DNA of 64,000 nucleotides, taken from NCBI GenBank assembly GCA_021772535.1, contig JAJFLV010000175.1:1021-65020 (forward strand). The letters are read 5' to 3'. This DNA is from Opitutales bacterium. GTDB lineage: Bacteria; Verrucomicrobiota; Verrucomicrobiia; Opitutales; UBA2987. This document shows, piece by piece, positions 37,826-47,342 of the stretch (positions within the stretch are counted from its first letter, which is position 1; the number at the start of each line of letters is the position of its first letter). Below the pieces are notes generated by a model, which saw only the letters and a list, made by a program, of their open reading frames with translations, did no database searches and was not told where the DNA came from. The translations under genes and the position numbers were made by a program.

Positions 37826-37855
37826 GTTATTGTTGGCAGTCGGCTTTTGCTCTTA

Positions 37856-38227
37856 TTACTTGCGCTTGATTCCCACAGTCTTTCTCTTCCCTTTGCGCGT
37901 GCGCGCATTGCACTGAGTGCGCTGGCCCCGCACCGGCAAACCCCGGCGGTGGCGCAGGCCACGGTAGCAATTGATCGCTTGCAGCCGTTTCATGTCGGAG
38001 GCGATTTCGCGGCGCAGATCGCCTTCGATGCGATACTGCTTCTCGTTAATGACCGCCATTAATTTATTAATATCCGATTCCGACAAATCTTTTGCCCGCA
38101 TGTCCGGGTCGAGCCCCGCATACGCTACGATGCTGTCCGCCCGTGTGGGTCCGATACCGTACATATAGCGCAGGGCATAAGTGAGTTTCTTATTGCCGGG
38201 GATATCGACTCCGAGGATGCGTGGCAT
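37856..38227 (-). CDS. rpsM: 30S ribosomal protein S13
   Basis: '[14 protein letters not shown]...AL..IYGIG', '[22 protein letters not shown]'. Confidence 0.95.
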   Translation of the reverse strand: MPRILGVDIPGNKKLTYALRYMYGIGPTRADSIVAYAGLDPDMRAKDLSESDINKLMAVINEKQYRIEGDLRREIASDMKRLQAINCYRGLRHRRGLPVRGQRTQCNARTRKGKRKTVGIKRK

Positions 38228-38306
38228 GGGTGGTAATTTCCTTGTGCAGCGGGTTTACTTAAAAGTGAAAAAGGCAGAAAGTATCAGATAAAATCATTTT
38301 GAAAAG

Positions 38307-39074
38307 CTATTTTTTCACAATGGTTAAAATTTCCGGACCATTCGGGGTGATGAGCACCGTATGTTCGAAATGAGCGGAGGGTTTGCCGTCTCGAGTGAGG
38401 GCCGTCCAGCCATCCGGGGCCATCTCTACTTCGGCGCTCCCGAGGTTGACCATGGGTTCGATGGCCAGGGTCATTCCGGGTTTGAGTTTTTTGCCTGTTC
38501 TCGGTTCACCGAAATTGGGAATTTGCGGTTCTTCATGCATGGAACGGCCGATTCCGTGTCCCACAAAGTCCTTCACAATGGCAAAGGGGTAGCTTTCGAT
38601 AAATTTCTGAACGGCGTGGGAGATGTCGCCAACCCGTTTTCCAGGCTTGGCTTGATCGATGCCGTGGTAAAGGGCGCTCTCGGTGGAGCGAACCAGCTCT
38701 TCCACCCGCTCATCGGCTTGACCGATGATATAGGTGCGGGCGTTGTCCCCGATAAATTCATTGTAAGTCACGGTAACATCCAGCGTAACATTATCTCCCG
38801 GTCGCAGGACACGTTTGATGGAACCGATGCCGTGGACAATTTCCTCGTTGATAGAAATACAGGTGAAGGCGGGAAAAGAACGGTTGCCCATGCGGTAATT
38901 GTAAACGGTGCTGGAGGCTCCGTAACTCTCAATCAATTGTTTGCCGGTTTGGTCCAGATCATAGGTGTTGACGCCTGGAGCGAGGTAGGTGGAAAGTTTC
39001 TCCAGAACCAGGGCCGCAATTTGGCAGGCTTCCCGCATTTTCTGGATTTCCTCCTCCGTCTTTATCGGAATCAT
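38307..39074 (-). CDS. map: Type I methionine aminopeptidase
   Basis: 'VHGI', 'GD.V..D', 'GD.A.T', 'VGHGIG...HE.P.I.N', 'LAIEPM' and 'A.FEHTVLIT..G.EILT'. Confidence 0.95.
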   Translation of the reverse strand: MIPIKTEEEIQKMREACQIAALVLEKLSTYLAPGVNTYDLDQTGKQLIESYGASSTVYNYRMGNRSFPAFTCISINEEIVHGIGSIKRVLRPGDNVTLDVTVTYNEFIGDNARTYIIGQADERVEELVRSTESALYHGIDQAKPGKRVGDISHAVQKFIESYPFAIVKDFVGHGIGRSMHEEPQIPNFGEPRTGKKLKPGMTLAIEPMVNLGSAEVEMAPDGWTALTRDGKPSAHFEHTVLITPNGPEILTIVKK

Positions 39075-39189
39075 TAGATTGAATCGAAGTTAGTAATGGC
39101 CCCGCGGCGATAAATAGCATTGATGGAAACAGCTTGCATGAATATACTGAAGACTGGCAGCTATAAGAATCTCGCACACAGGGGTTGGT

Positions 39190-40686
39190 TTAAACAAAAT
39201 CGAGCAAAATCCAGGAGATAATCCCAACCGAGACGCCGAGGCCGAGCCATCTCCAGAAGACGACCTGGCCGCGAATTTCTCCCACATCGACCAGTTGACG
39301 GGTTCTTCCGGCGCTCCGCCCGCGGATGCGTCCTTTGCGTAAAAACCCGTCGTAATGCCTTTGGAGCAAATAGGTCTCGATCTGGCGAAGGGTATCCAGC
39401 AGCACGCCTACCGTGATGAGCATGCCGGTGCCCCCGAAAAATTGCGCCACCTGGTAGGGGACGTTGAAGTAAAAAAGCAGGCCGTCTGGAAAAACGGCGA
39501 TAATAGTCAGGGCGATAGCCCCGAACAGGGTCAGCCGGGTCATAACGAAATCGAGGAATTTGGCGGTCGGTTCGCCGGGACGGACTCCTGGAATATAGCC
39601 GCCGTATTTCTTCAGGTCATCCGCAATTTGCAATGGTTTGAACATGACGGACACCCAAAAATAGCTGAACCCGAGGATCAAAGTCCCGAAAACAAAATAA
39701 TAGAACGGGCTTCCCTGTTGGATGAAGGCGGCGAAGTCGGACATGAAAGCCATCTGGCTGATGGCCCCAAGCTGCTGGGAGATCATCTGGAAAAAGAGCA
39801 GGATGGCGCTGGCAAAAATCACCGGCATGACACCGGAGTAGTTAACCTTCAGGGGCAAAAAGGAGCTTTGGCCGCCGTAAACCTTGCGGCCCACCACCCG
39901 TTTGGCATACTGCACGGGGATTTTTCGTTGGGCCTGGGTCAAGGAAACAATCCCGGCTATACACAAAAAAAGCAGTAAAACCATCAGCACACCCTCGGGG
40001 GCGCCGAGCCCCTGAACGCCGATCGGGGCGCTGAACATGCGATAGGTGGTTGCCGCCGCGCTGGGCAGGTCCGACACAATGCCCGCAGTGATCAAAAGGG
40101 AGATTCCGTTGCCTATACCTCTCTGGGTTATCTGCTCGCCCAACCACATCAGCAGTATGGTGCCGGTGGTCAGAAAAATAATCGAAGTGATTAAAAAGAC
40201 CCAGTTATCGAGCAGAACAATGGGACCATAGTCGAGAATACTGAATCCTCGAAACAATCTACCGGGGTTTTGCAGGGCCAATATGAGCAGGTTGGCCTGA
40301 ATCAAACAGATCACAACGGTGGCATATCGGGTGTATTGTGTCACCTTCTGGCGACCAACATCGCCCTCCCGCTGTAATCTGGCCAGGGCTGGCACCACCG
40401 GTGTCATAATCTGGAAAATAATCGAGGCGCTGATATAGGGCATGATTCCCAAGGCGCAAACGGCCCCTTTAAGCAGGGCGCCGCCGGTGAACATGTTATA
40501 GAGGCCCACCAACGATCCTCCGCCGGAGGCGCTCTGGTCGGCGAAAAAATTTTGCAAGGGCGCCGGGTCCAGGCCGGGCAGCGGAATGTTGGCCCCAATT
40601 CGCGCTATGAAGAGCAACAGCAACGTCCGCCCAATGCGCTCATTGAGTTCGGGAATTTTTAGACAGTTGACGAAGGCGGAAATCAT
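39190..40686 (-). CDS. secY: Preprotein translocase subunit SecY with an extra C-terminal hydrophobic segment
   Basis: 'L..R...TLLLL...R.G..IP.PG', 'GGAL......ALGIMPYISASII.Q', 'GIGNGISL.I..GI' and 'LLQRHYDGFL'. About 41 extra aa follow the usual end. Confidence 0.9.
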   Translation of the reverse strand: MISAFVNCLKIPELNERIGRTLLLLFIARIGANIPLPGLDPAPLQNFFADQSASGGGSLVGLYNMFTGGALLKGAVCALGIMPYISASIIFQIMTPVVPALARLQREGDVGRQKVTQYTRYATVVICLIQANLLILALQNPGRLFRGFSILDYGPIVLLDNWVFLITSIIFLTTGTILLMWLGEQITQRGIGNGISLLITAGIVSDLPSAAATTYRMFSAPIGVQGLGAPEGVLMVLLLFLCIAGIVSLTQAQRKIPVQYAKRVVGRKVYGGQSSFLPLKVNYSGVMPVIFASAILLFFQMISQQLGAISQMAFMSDFAAFIQQGSPFYYFVFGTLILGFSYFWVSVMFKPLQIADDLKKYGGYIPGVRPGEPTAKFLDFVMTRLTLFGAIALTIIAVFPDGLLFYFNVPYQVAQFFGGTGMLITVGVLLDTLRQIETYLLQRHYDGFLRKGRIRGRSAGRTRQLVDVGEIRGQVVFWRWLGLGVSVGIISWILLDFV

Positions 40687-40723
40687 TTTTCAAGTAAGGA
40701 TTGCCCGTAGGAAGCCTCGATTT

Positions 40724-41200
40724 TCAGCTTTCTTTTGCAATGGGCTCTGCCGCTGGTGCATTTTCAAGGATTTCACCTCCAGCAGCCTTGATTTTTTCCG
40801 CCGCGGTGGTGGAAAATTTGTCGGCGCGGATTTTGACAGGGCTTTCCAGCTCTCCCCATCCGAGAATTTTGATCAATTTGGCGTTTTTGCGTACCAATCC
40901 CGCCTTAACCAAGGCTTCCTTGTCGATGACCTCGGTCTCTTCCACCCGCGAAAGGTCCCCTACATTGACCACCGCATATTGGGTGTGGAAGTTAAAATTG
41001 TTGAAACCGCGCCGGGGCAATCGCCGGTAGAGGGGCACATGCCCGCTCTCGAATCCGGGTCGCTGCGAGCTGCCGGCGCGAGACTTCTGGCCCTTATGGC
41101 CACGGCCGGAAGTTTTGCCATGACCGGAACCCCGGCCCCGGCCAAGCCGTTTTCTGTTTTTACCGGTGTCTTTATTTGCGGGTATGTTGTTTAATCGCAT
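40724..41200 (-). CDS. rplO: 50S ribosomal protein L15
   Basis: 'MRLNNIP...G....RKRLGRG.GSG.GKTSGRGHKGQKSR.G......FE.G..PLYRRLP.RGF'. ATG at 41200. The 307-aa ORF in the track runs upstream into rpsE out of frame. Confidence 0.9.
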   Translation of the reverse strand: MRLNNIPANKDTGKNRKRLGRGRGSGHGKTSGRGHKGQKSRAGSSQRPGFESGHVPLYRRLPRRGFNNFNFHTQYAVVNVGDLSRVEETEVIDKEALVKAGLVRKNAKLIKILGWGELESPVKIRADKFSTTAAEKIKAAGGEILENAPAAEPIAKES

Positions 41201-41288
41201 TTTAGTTAAAATTTCCTTTTTATGGCCTGAGGGGTGGGATATTTTTCCACCTGTTTGGGGGCAGTCGTGTGATATTAAACGATCGGGA

Positions 41289-41804
41289 TCAGCCTCTCCG
41301 CAGGCGATGGATGGTATCGGCAGAGCGCAATTGTTGCAAAGCGTTGAGGGTGGCGAAGGCGACGGCCCCATGGTTACTGGAACCCAAAGATTTGGAGAGC
41401 ACATCCTTGATGCCGGCGGCTTCCAACACCGGACGGACGGAACCTCCGGCGATAACTCCCGTTCCAGGGCTTGCCGGTTTGAGCAGAACTTTGCCGCCAT
41501 CCTGCACTCCGCGTACCTCGTGGGGAATGGTATTGCCGAACATCTCGATGGTGACCATTTGTTTGTGCGCCCGTTCGGTGCCTTTACGGATGGCCTCGGG
41601 CACTTCCTTGGCTTTTCCATAACCGACGCCCACCCGGCCTTTGCCATCGCCCACCACGACGAGAGCCGAAAAACTGAAACGGCGTCCGCCTTTAACTACC
41701 TTGGCGCAGCGATTGATAAAAGCCACCTTTTCAATAAATTCAGGCGGTTCCTCTACAGCAGGCGGGCCGAAGCTACGTCCTCTCCTCGATTGTTTTGATC
41801 TCAT
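41289..41804 (-). CDS. rpsE: 30S ribosomal protein S5
   Basis: '[38 protein letters not shown]', '[25 protein letters not shown]'. Confidence 0.95.
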   Translation of the reverse strand: MRSKQSRRGRSFGPPAVEEPPEFIEKVAFINRCAKVVKGGRRFSFSALVVVGDGKGRVGVGYGKAKEVPEAIRKGTERAHKQMVTIEMFGNTIPHEVRGVQDGGKVLLKPASPGTGVIAGGSVRPVLEAAGIKDVLSKSLGSSNHGAVAFATLNALQQLRSADTIHRLRRG

Positions 41805-41812
41805 AACTATAA

Positions 41813-42175
41813 TTAAAATTCCAATCCGTTTTCGCGGGCCGCTTCGGCAAAGGCCTTCACCGTGCCGTGGTAAAGACGGCCATTGCGATCGAATACAACC
41901 TTGGTGATGCCCTTTTTCTGAGCTTTGGCCGCAAATAGCTTGCCTAGTTTGGAGGCGTCCTCCCGATTGGCTTTCAAACCTTCGGCCCGCAATTTCTTAT
42001 CCAGTGAACTGAGACAGGCCAGTGTGGTTCCCTGATCGTCGTCAATCGCCTGCGCGTAAATGTGCTTGTTGCTGAAGTGGACGCAGAGCCGGGGGCGCGA
42101 GGCAGTGCCCCGCACCTTCTTGCGTGTGCGCCAGATGCGTTTTTGACGAAGTTTCTTCTTCTTTTCCAAAAGCAT
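41813..42175 (-). CDS. rplR: 50S ribosomal protein L18
   Basis: 'R.R...K..G...[19 protein letters not shown]', 'V.FDR.G..YHG.VKAFA.AARE.GL.F'. Confidence 0.95.
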   Translation of the reverse strand: MLLEKKKKLRQKRIWRTRKKVRGTASRPRLCVHFSNKHIYAQAIDDDQGTTLACLSSLDKKLRAEGLKANREDASKLGKLFAAKAQKKGITKVVFDRNGRLYHGTVKAFAEAARENGLEF

Positions 42176-42202
42176 GATTGCAAATTTCCTGGTGGATCGA
42201 GA

Positions 42203-42739
42203 TTAGCCGGTTTTCTTGCCCTCTTTCCGGCGAACGAACTGTCCGATAATGCGAACGCCTTTTCCCTTGTAAGGCTCCACCGGATAGAACCGCTTGATGC
42301 GTGCGGCTACTTCACCTACAAGCTGCTTGTCGGCGCCAGAAACCTTGATCTTGGTATTCTCATTTACGGTAATCGAGATCCCCTCTGGGATCTGAAAATT
42401 GATTGGGTGGGAGAATCCAAGATTCATATCCAGAATATTCCCGGTCAGGACAGCCCGAAAACCTACTCCGGACAGTTCGAGATCCTTGGAGAATCCCTCC
42501 GATACTCCCTTGACCATACCTGCCAAAATGGAGCGGGCGGTTCCGTGCATGGCTAGGGCAAATCGGCTGTCGTCGATCGGTTTGACAGTAACAGAACCGT
42601 TATCTACGACGATCGCGATGGGGCCCTGGAATTCTTTCTCCAGTTTGCCCTTGGGGCCGTCGACAAAAACCTTGAGGTTCTCTGTCTGGACGGAGACCTT
42701 TTCCGGTATGGGAATGGGTAATTTTCCAACTCTACTCAT
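42203..42739 (-). CDS. rplF: 50S ribosomal protein L6
   Basis: 'MSRVGK.PI.IP..V.V', 'HGT.RS....M..GV..GF.K.LE..GVG.RA' and 'YKGKG.R'. Confidence 0.95.
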   Translation of the reverse strand: MSRVGKLPIPIPEKVSVQTENLKVFVDGPKGKLEKEFQGPIAIVVDNGSVTVKPIDDSRFALAMHGTARSILAGMVKGVSEGFSKDLELSGVGFRAVLTGNILDMNLGFSHPINFQIPEGISITVNENTKIKVSGADKQLVGEVAARIKRFYPVEPYKGKGVRIIGQFVRRKEGKKTG

Positions 42740-42764
42740 GGGATTTTCCTGGTAATCGTGGTCT

Positions 42765-43157
42765 TTACCATACGGTGCAGATCATCTCTCCCCCCAAATT
42801 CCGGCGCCGGGCATCGCGGTCGGCCAAAATCCCTTGGGAAGTGGTTAAAATTCCGACTCCAAGGCCCCCGAGTACTTTGGGAATCTCATTGCATTTGTAG
42901 TAAAGCCTGCGCCCGGGCTTGCTCCAGCGGCGGATTCCAGTCAAGGCCGGAGTCTCGTCCACATATTTAAGATTCAGCGCTATCGTGGGGTGTCCCTTGA
43001 TGTCGGTGGTCTTGGAAAATTCACGCACATAGCCTTCTTTCTGTAATACTTCACAAATGTTCATGTTCAGCTTGGAATGCCGCCCAACACAGGAAGGCTT
43101 GCGGGAACGGGAGGCATTCCGGATAATTGTTATGAAATCACTGATCGAGTCGGACAT
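42765..43157 (-). CDS. rpsH: 30S ribosomal protein S8
   Basis: 'D.I.D..T.IRNA', 'L..EGY...F', 'SKPG.R.Y', 'GG.G..I..TS.G...D..AR....GGE..C.VW'. Confidence 0.95.
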   Translation of the reverse strand: MSDSISDFITIIRNASRSRKPSCVGRHSKLNMNICEVLQKEGYVREFSKTTDIKGHPTIALNLKYVDETPALTGIRRWSKPGRRLYYKCNEIPKVLGGLGVGILTTSQGILADRDARRRNLGGEMICTVW

Positions 43158-43181
43158 GGTTTTAAAATAAAGTTTTTATGA

Positions 43182-43487
43182 TCACCAGGATGATTTTGTT
43201 ATCCCTGGAATGCGGCCCTTTGAGGCTAATTCGCGAAAAGTGATTCGGGAGAGCCCGAACTTGCGGAGGAAAGCGCGTGGCCTTCCGGTCACGCTGCAGC
43301 GATTGCGAATGCGAATGCGGGAGGAATTGCGGGGCAGCTTGGTCAGCTTGCGCTGAGCTGCATAGAAATCCTCCTCGGACGTTTCCGTGTCCGCCATGAT
43401 ACGTTTCAATTCAGCCCGTATGGGGGCGTAATGCGCCACCATGCGGGTCCGCTTGATATCGCGTTGAACCATTGCTTTTTTGGCCAT
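43182..43487 (-). CDS. rpsN: 30S ribosomal protein S14 (long, non-zinc form)
   Basis: 101 aa, 'MAKKAM..R..KR', 'LPRNSS..R.RNRC..TGRPR...RKFGLSR...RE.A..G.IPG..K.SW'. No CxxC pairs. Confidence 0.95.
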   Translation of the reverse strand: MAKKAMVQRDIKRTRMVAHYAPIRAELKRIMADTETSEEDFYAAQRKLTKLPRNSSRIRIRNRCSVTGRPRAFLRKFGLSRITFRELASKGRIPGITKSSW

Positions 43488-43509
43488 GAGAAAGAAGGAT
43501 CGAGTGAGG

Positions 43510-44052
43510 TTAGTTGCGGCGGAAGGGCATGCCCATCAATTTGAGCAGTTCCAGTCCTTCGTCATCGCTTCGGGTTGTTGTGGCAAAGGTAATGTCCATA
43601 CCGAAGGTGTGTCTGCTGCCATCGATATTGACTTCGGGAAAAATGGTATGGTCGGTGATGCCCAAGGTATAATTACCATTACCGTCCAGGCGGGTCGAAA
43701 TTCCCCGGAAATCCCGGATTCCGGGCAGAGCCACACTGGTCAGGCGATACATGAACTCATACATGGCATTTCCCCGCAGAGTCACTTTAACTCCGATCGG
43801 GGATCCCTCCCGCAACTTGAAATTGGAGACGCTCGTGCGAGCCTTGGTGATGATCGGCTTCTGCCCTGCGATAAGGCCGATTTGGCGGGCTGTATCCTCC
43901 AGCACACCTTTTTCCAACTGGCTGCTCAAGCCCGAGTTGATGACAATTTTTTCGATAACCGGAACCTGGTGTCTATTTTTATAGGCACGGGATTTCATCA
44001 GTTCGGGATGAACCTTTTCTTGGTAAAATGTTTTTAAAACTGGTTTGCTCAT
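43510..44052 (-). CDS. rplE: 50S ribosomal protein L5
   Basis: 'P.I.KIV.N.G', 'L..I.GQKP..TKA..S...FKLR.G.PIG.KVTLRG..MYEF..RL..VALP..RDFRG', 'GNY.LG'. Confidence 0.95.
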   Translation of the reverse strand: MSKPVLKTFYQEKVHPELMKSRAYKNRHQVPVIEKIVINSGLSSQLEKGVLEDTARQIGLIAGQKPIITKARTSVSNFKLREGSPIGVKVTLRGNAMYEFMYRLTSVALPGIRDFRGISTRLDGNGNYTLGITDHTIFPEVNIDGSRHTFGMDITFATTTRSDDEGLELLKLMGMPFRRN

Positions 44053-44118
44053 TGCGTTGATTCAGACGGTCCGGCCAAAAGCTGCCGCCTCCCGTCAATT
44101 TTCCCAAGCGATGTATTA

Positions 44119-44134
44119 CCGGCACAGTTGCCGG
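44119..44134 (-). promoter_or_regulatory. Stable hairpin (CCGGCA-ACTG-TGCCGG on the mRNA strand) in the 154-nt rplX-rplE spacer. Candidate translational operator element.
   Basis: Perfect 6-bp GC-rich stem with a 4-nt loop, read directly from the sequence. It lies 66 nt upstream of the rplE ATG. Function is inferred only by analogy with S8 autoregulation at rplE in E. coli. Confidence 0.25.
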
Positions 44135-44206
44135 GCGGGCGGTGCAGGGAAAAGGGCAGAAATAAAAGGTCCTGTTGCTTATTTTTCAAGCTAAATTTAA
44201 TCTTTT

Positions 44207-44491
44207 TCACTCCTCTTCGGATGCTTCCACGATGGGTTCCTTCTGAGGGGCGCGGCGGGCATCGTAGCGCTCCGCCAGCATGACATTGGATATATGGATG
44301 GGCGCCTCACGATCGATTATACCGCCGGGAATCTCCTCCGACTTTCTTTTTTCGTGTCGCTTGATCTTGTTTACTCCTTCGATAATGACTCGCTGGGTTT
44401 TGAGGTCGGTTTGCAGCACCTTGCCTCGGTCCCCACGGCTGGCGCCGGAAATCACCACCACCTCGTCTCCCGTTTTGATTCGTCTTTTCAT
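44207..44491 (-). CDS. rplX: 50S ribosomal protein L24
   Basis: 'MKRRIKTGDEV.VISG..RG..G.V', KOW motif, 'INK.KRH.K' and 'E.PIH.SNV'. Acidic tail '...IVEASEEE'. Confidence 0.9.
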   Translation of the reverse strand: MKRRIKTGDEVVVISGASRGDRGKVLQTDLKTQRVIIEGVNKIKRHEKRKSEEIPGGIIDREAPIHISNVMLAERYDARRAPQKEPIVEASEEE

Positions 44492-44533
44492 TTCGCGGCC
44501 CAATAAATTATTATTAATAAATACTTTTTCTTC

Positions 44534-44899
44534 TTAGAGAACTTCCGGGGCAAGGCTTATGATTTTCATAAAATTCTTTTGCCGAAGCTCACGTGCCACG
44601 GGCCCGAAAATACGCGTACCCCGGGGATTGTTTTTTTCGTCCAGGATAACGATTGCATTGCTGTCGAAGCGCAGGTAGCTACCATCGCTGCGGCGGATGG
44701 GCGCTTTGGTCCGCACCACCACGGCCCGCACCACGGTGCCCTTTTTAACGGCCGCATCGGGGGAGCTTTCCTTAACGTTGACCACTATAATGTCGCCCAC
44801 CGAGGCGGTCTTTTTATTCTGCCCCAAACGCCGAATCATGCGGGCCGATTTGGCGCCCGTATTATCGGCTATCTCGAGTTTGCTGAGTAACTGCAACAT
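44534..44899 (-). CDS. rplN: 50S ribosomal protein L14
   Basis: 'ML...S.L..ADNTGAK....I..LG', 'VV.VK...P......G.VV.AVVVRT', '[16 protein letters not shown]'. Confidence 0.95.
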   Translation of the reverse strand: MLQLLSKLEIADNTGAKSARMIRRLGQNKKTASVGDIIVVNVKESSPDAAVKKGTVVRAVVVRTKAPIRRSDGSYLRFDSNAIVILDEKNNPRGTRIFGPVARELRQKNFMKIISLAPEVL

Positions 44900-44933
44900 T
44901 ACTTTTCTTCCTTGGGATGTTTTTGGAAAAACC

Positions 44934-45209
44934 TCAACTATTCACCTTCGGGGTTTTATTGATGACGCGGGTGATCCGCCAACGCTTGAGTTTGCTTAAA
45001 GGACGGGTTTCCATGATTTCCACCTGGTCGCCGGGGGAGCATTCGTTTTTTTCGTCGTGCGCATGCACAACCGTTTTGCGGTTGATTTGCTTAACGTATT
45101 GGGGATGCGGGATTTTATAGGCGTACGTCACCTTCACGCTCTTGTCGCCGGACCGGCTGGTGACCGTTCCGGTGATGGTTTTGCGTTTGTTTCTTGTTAG
45201 GCTTGGCAT
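44934..45209 (-). CDS. rpsQ: 30S ribosomal protein S17
   Basis: 'G.VTS..GDKSV.V.......HP.Y.K......K..AHDE.N....GD.V.I.ETRPLSK.KRW'. Confidence 0.95.
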   Translation of the reverse strand: MPSLTRNKRKTITGTVTSRSGDKSVKVTYAYKIPHPQYVKQINRKTVVHAHDEKNECSPGDQVEIMETRPLSKLKRWRITRVINKTPKVNS

Positions 45210-45229
45210 GGTAAGTTTTGATAAATTGT

Positions 45230-45436
45230 TCAGCTTTGTGCCGGGGCGGTTCTCTTTTCATGCAAAAACGTTTCCAAGCGGGCGACATCGCGGCGCATGA
45301 CCTTCAGTAAATGAGGTCTGTCCACCTGACCGGTTTCCTTGCGAAGGCGTAATTGCAACAGCTCATCGCGGGTCTGACGCAGCTTGGTATCCAATTCCTG
45401 AATGGAGAGTTCTTTCAATTCTTTGGTCTTCATCAC
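45230..45436 (-). CDS. rpmC: 50S ribosomal protein L29
   Basis: 68 aa, 'EL..LS..EL...L......EL..LR......Q......L...RRD.AR..T'. Confidence 0.9.
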   Translation of the reverse strand: MMKTKELKELSIQELDTKLRQTRDELLQLRLRKETGQVDRPHLLKVMRRDVARLETFLHEKRTAPAQS

Positions 45437-45462
45437 TTGCTGGGAAGCTCTGGTGCGGCTTC

Positions 45463-45879
45463 CTAAAACTCCTCCCTTTGCAAAAAGCGGCAGCGCACAG
45501 GCAGTTTGCCATCAGCCAGACTGAGGGAATCGCGGGCGGCAGATAAGCTTGCTCCGGAAACTTCAAAAAGGACGGTGCCGGGTTTTACTACGGCCACCCA
45601 ATGATCGGTTGCGCCTTTTCCTTTTCCCATGCGGGTTTCCGCCGGTTTTTTGGAAATCGGTTTGTGCGGAAAAATGCGGATCCAGACTTTGCCCTTTCGT
45701 TTGAGATGGCGGTTGATGGCCACACGGCAGGCCTCGATCTGCTCAGCCGTAATCCAGGCGCGATCCAGGCTTTGAATGCCGTAATCGCCAAAAGCGAGAG
45801 TGCTCCCGCGTTTGGCCATCCCGCGGACGCGACCTCGCTGGGACTTTCGGTATTTGGTTCTGGATGGTGTGAGCGCCAT
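45463..45879 (-). CDS. rplP: 50S ribosomal protein L16
   Basis: 'P.RTKYRK.QRGR..G.A..G....FG.YG.Q', 'R...R..KR.GK.WIRIFP.KP...[11 protein letters not shown]....W.A.VKPG...FE..G'. Confidence 0.95.
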   Translation of the reverse strand: MALTPSRTKYRKSQRGRVRGMAKRGSTLAFGDYGIQSLDRAWITAEQIEACRVAINRHLKRKGKVWIRIFPHKPISKKPAETRMGKGKGATDHWVAVVKPGTVLFEVSGASLSAARDSLSLADGKLPVRCRFLQREEF

Positions 45880-45954
45880 GGCTGTTAAATATCAGTGAAG
45901 TGTTTTCGTTTTTATTGAATATTTTCTGTAAATTTTCGCCGCGAAGGTTGGTTG

Positions 45955-46593
45955 CTAACTCAGGGGAGTCTCATCGATTGGAGTGCAAATCCAGCATTTG
46001 ACGCCGATTGTGCCGGCAACGGTACGGGCTTCTACGAACCCGTAATTGATGTTTTCACGAATGGTGTGCAATGGCACACGTCCGGCGCGCTGCATTTCAG
46101 TGCGGGCAATGTCGGTTCCACCCAGTCGGCCAGAGACCTGCACGCGAATCCCCTCAGCCCCCATGCTGATGGAGGTTTGCACGGCTTTTTTCATGGCCCG
46201 GCGAAAGGCGATGCGCCGTTCCAGTTGGAGAGCTACGTTTTCCGCTACCAATTGGGCCACGAGGTCAGGTTTTTTCACCTCCTGAATATCAAGGAGAATA
46301 TCTTTTTTGACGATTTTGGAGAGGGAATCCTTTATTTTTTCCAGTTCCTGGCCTTTGCGACCGATGACGATGCCGGGCCGGGCGGTATAAATTTTTACAC
46401 GAACGCGATTTCCCGCCCTTTCGATGAAAATCTTCGGCACTGCTGCATAACGGAGCTTTTTGGTGATCAGCTCGCGAATTTTATAATCTTCCAGCAGAAA
46501 GGCGCCGAATTCCTCCTTTTCGGCATACCAGCGCGATTCCCAGTCACGACGGACCTGGAGGCGAAAGCTTGTCGGATGTACTTTTTGTCCCAT
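45955..46593 (-). CDS. rpsC: 30S ribosomal protein S3
   Basis: 'MGQKVHP...RL......W.S.W', KH domain 'I.IER......V.I.TARPG..IG.KG', 'G..G.RV..SGRLGG..IAR.E....GRVPLHT.R..I.YG'. Confidence 0.95.
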   Translation of the reverse strand: MGQKVHPTSFRLQVRRDWESRWYAEKEEFGAFLLEDYKIRELITKKLRYAAVPKIFIERAGNRVRVKIYTARPGIVIGRKGQELEKIKDSLSKIVKKDILLDIQEVKKPDLVAQLVAENVALQLERRIAFRRAMKKAVQTSISMGAEGIRVQVSGRLGGTDIARTEMQRAGRVPLHTIRENINYGFVEARTVAGTIGVKCWICTPIDETPLS

Positions 46594-46634
46594 AAGGCTT
46601 ATTCAAAAATCCTGTAAATGAATTTAATGCTCCT

Positions 46635-46991
46635 TTATTTGGATTCTTCTTCCTCTTTTTCTTTTTCAGAAAGAATTATTCGTATGTGGCTGTTTCGCTT
46701 TTTTATCGGTTTGGCCATTCCTCGGGCGCCGGCCCGCCACCGCTTGATGGTGGGGGCTACTTCCACTACGGCGGTCTTTATAATAAGGCGGTCGGAAGAA
46801 AGGTTGTTGTTGTTTTCAGCATTGGCCACCGCTGAAACGAGAGTTCTATGAATCAGGCGGGCCGATTTGCGCGGAATGAAGGTGAGCAGTTCGAGGGCCT
46901 CGTTGGCCTCGCGACCCTGAATTTCCCGGGCCACCTCGCGAACCTTCTTGGGCGACATTCTGACAAACTTGGTTAAGGCCTGAATTTCCAT
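46635..46991 (-). CDS. rplV: 50S ribosomal protein L22
   Basis: '.R.SP.K.R.VA..I.G....EAL..L.F.P.K.A......L.SA.ANAE.N', 'V.E.P..KR...RA.G.A..I.KR.SHI.I.L'. Confidence 0.95.
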   Translation of the reverse strand: MEIQALTKFVRMSPKKVREVAREIQGREANEALELLTFIPRKSARLIHRTLVSAVANAENNNNLSSDRLIIKTAVVEVAPTIKRWRAGARGMAKPIKKRNSHIRIILSEKEKEEEESK

Positions 46992-47024
46992 GACAATTGT
47001 GATACTTGGAAATTAACGGTTAAG

Positions 47025-47297
47025 TTAATGTTTCTGGGTATGTGGGTTATGGGTTTTAAACGACCGGGTGGGGGCGAATTCCCCCAGCTTATGACCTACC
47101 ATATTTTCTGTTATGTAGATGGGCATGAAGTTTTTCCCGTTGTGGATTTCGAGGTTTAGGCCAACAAAGTCCGGTGTAATGGTGGAGCGACGTGACCAAG
47201 TGCGTATGGGTCGGCGGGAATCTGCCATCTGTGCCTTATTGATCTTGTCCATAAGGGGGGGGTCGACGAAATATCCTTTTTTAACGGAACGGGACAT
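47025..47297 (-). CDS. rpsS: 30S ribosomal protein S19
   Basis: 'MSRS.KKG.FVD..L..K', '[13 protein letters not shown]....[24 protein letters not shown]'. Confidence 0.95.
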   Translation of the reverse strand: MSRSVKKGYFVDPPLMDKINKAQMADSRRPIRTWSRRSTITPDFVGLNLEIHNGKNFMPIYITENMVGHKLGEFAPTRSFKTHNPHTQKH

Positions 47298-47342
47298 GGC
47301 TTGCTTCTTTTTTTGGAAAGGTTGGTAAAATTAAGTGTATGG

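Noticed and set aside
37136-38062. 308-aa and 241-aa plus-strand ORFs with striking '[21 protein letters not shown]' repeats
   Set aside because: They are the antisense and off-frame readings of the S11 repeat region and of rpsM. The minus-strand frame gives canonical S11 and S13, so these are shadow ORFs.
40724-41647. 307-aa ORF suggesting a large fusion protein ending in L15
   Set aside because: The upstream 149 codons overlap rpsE out of frame and have no family resemblance. The canonical L15 N-terminus 'MRLNNIP' begins at the ATG at 41200.
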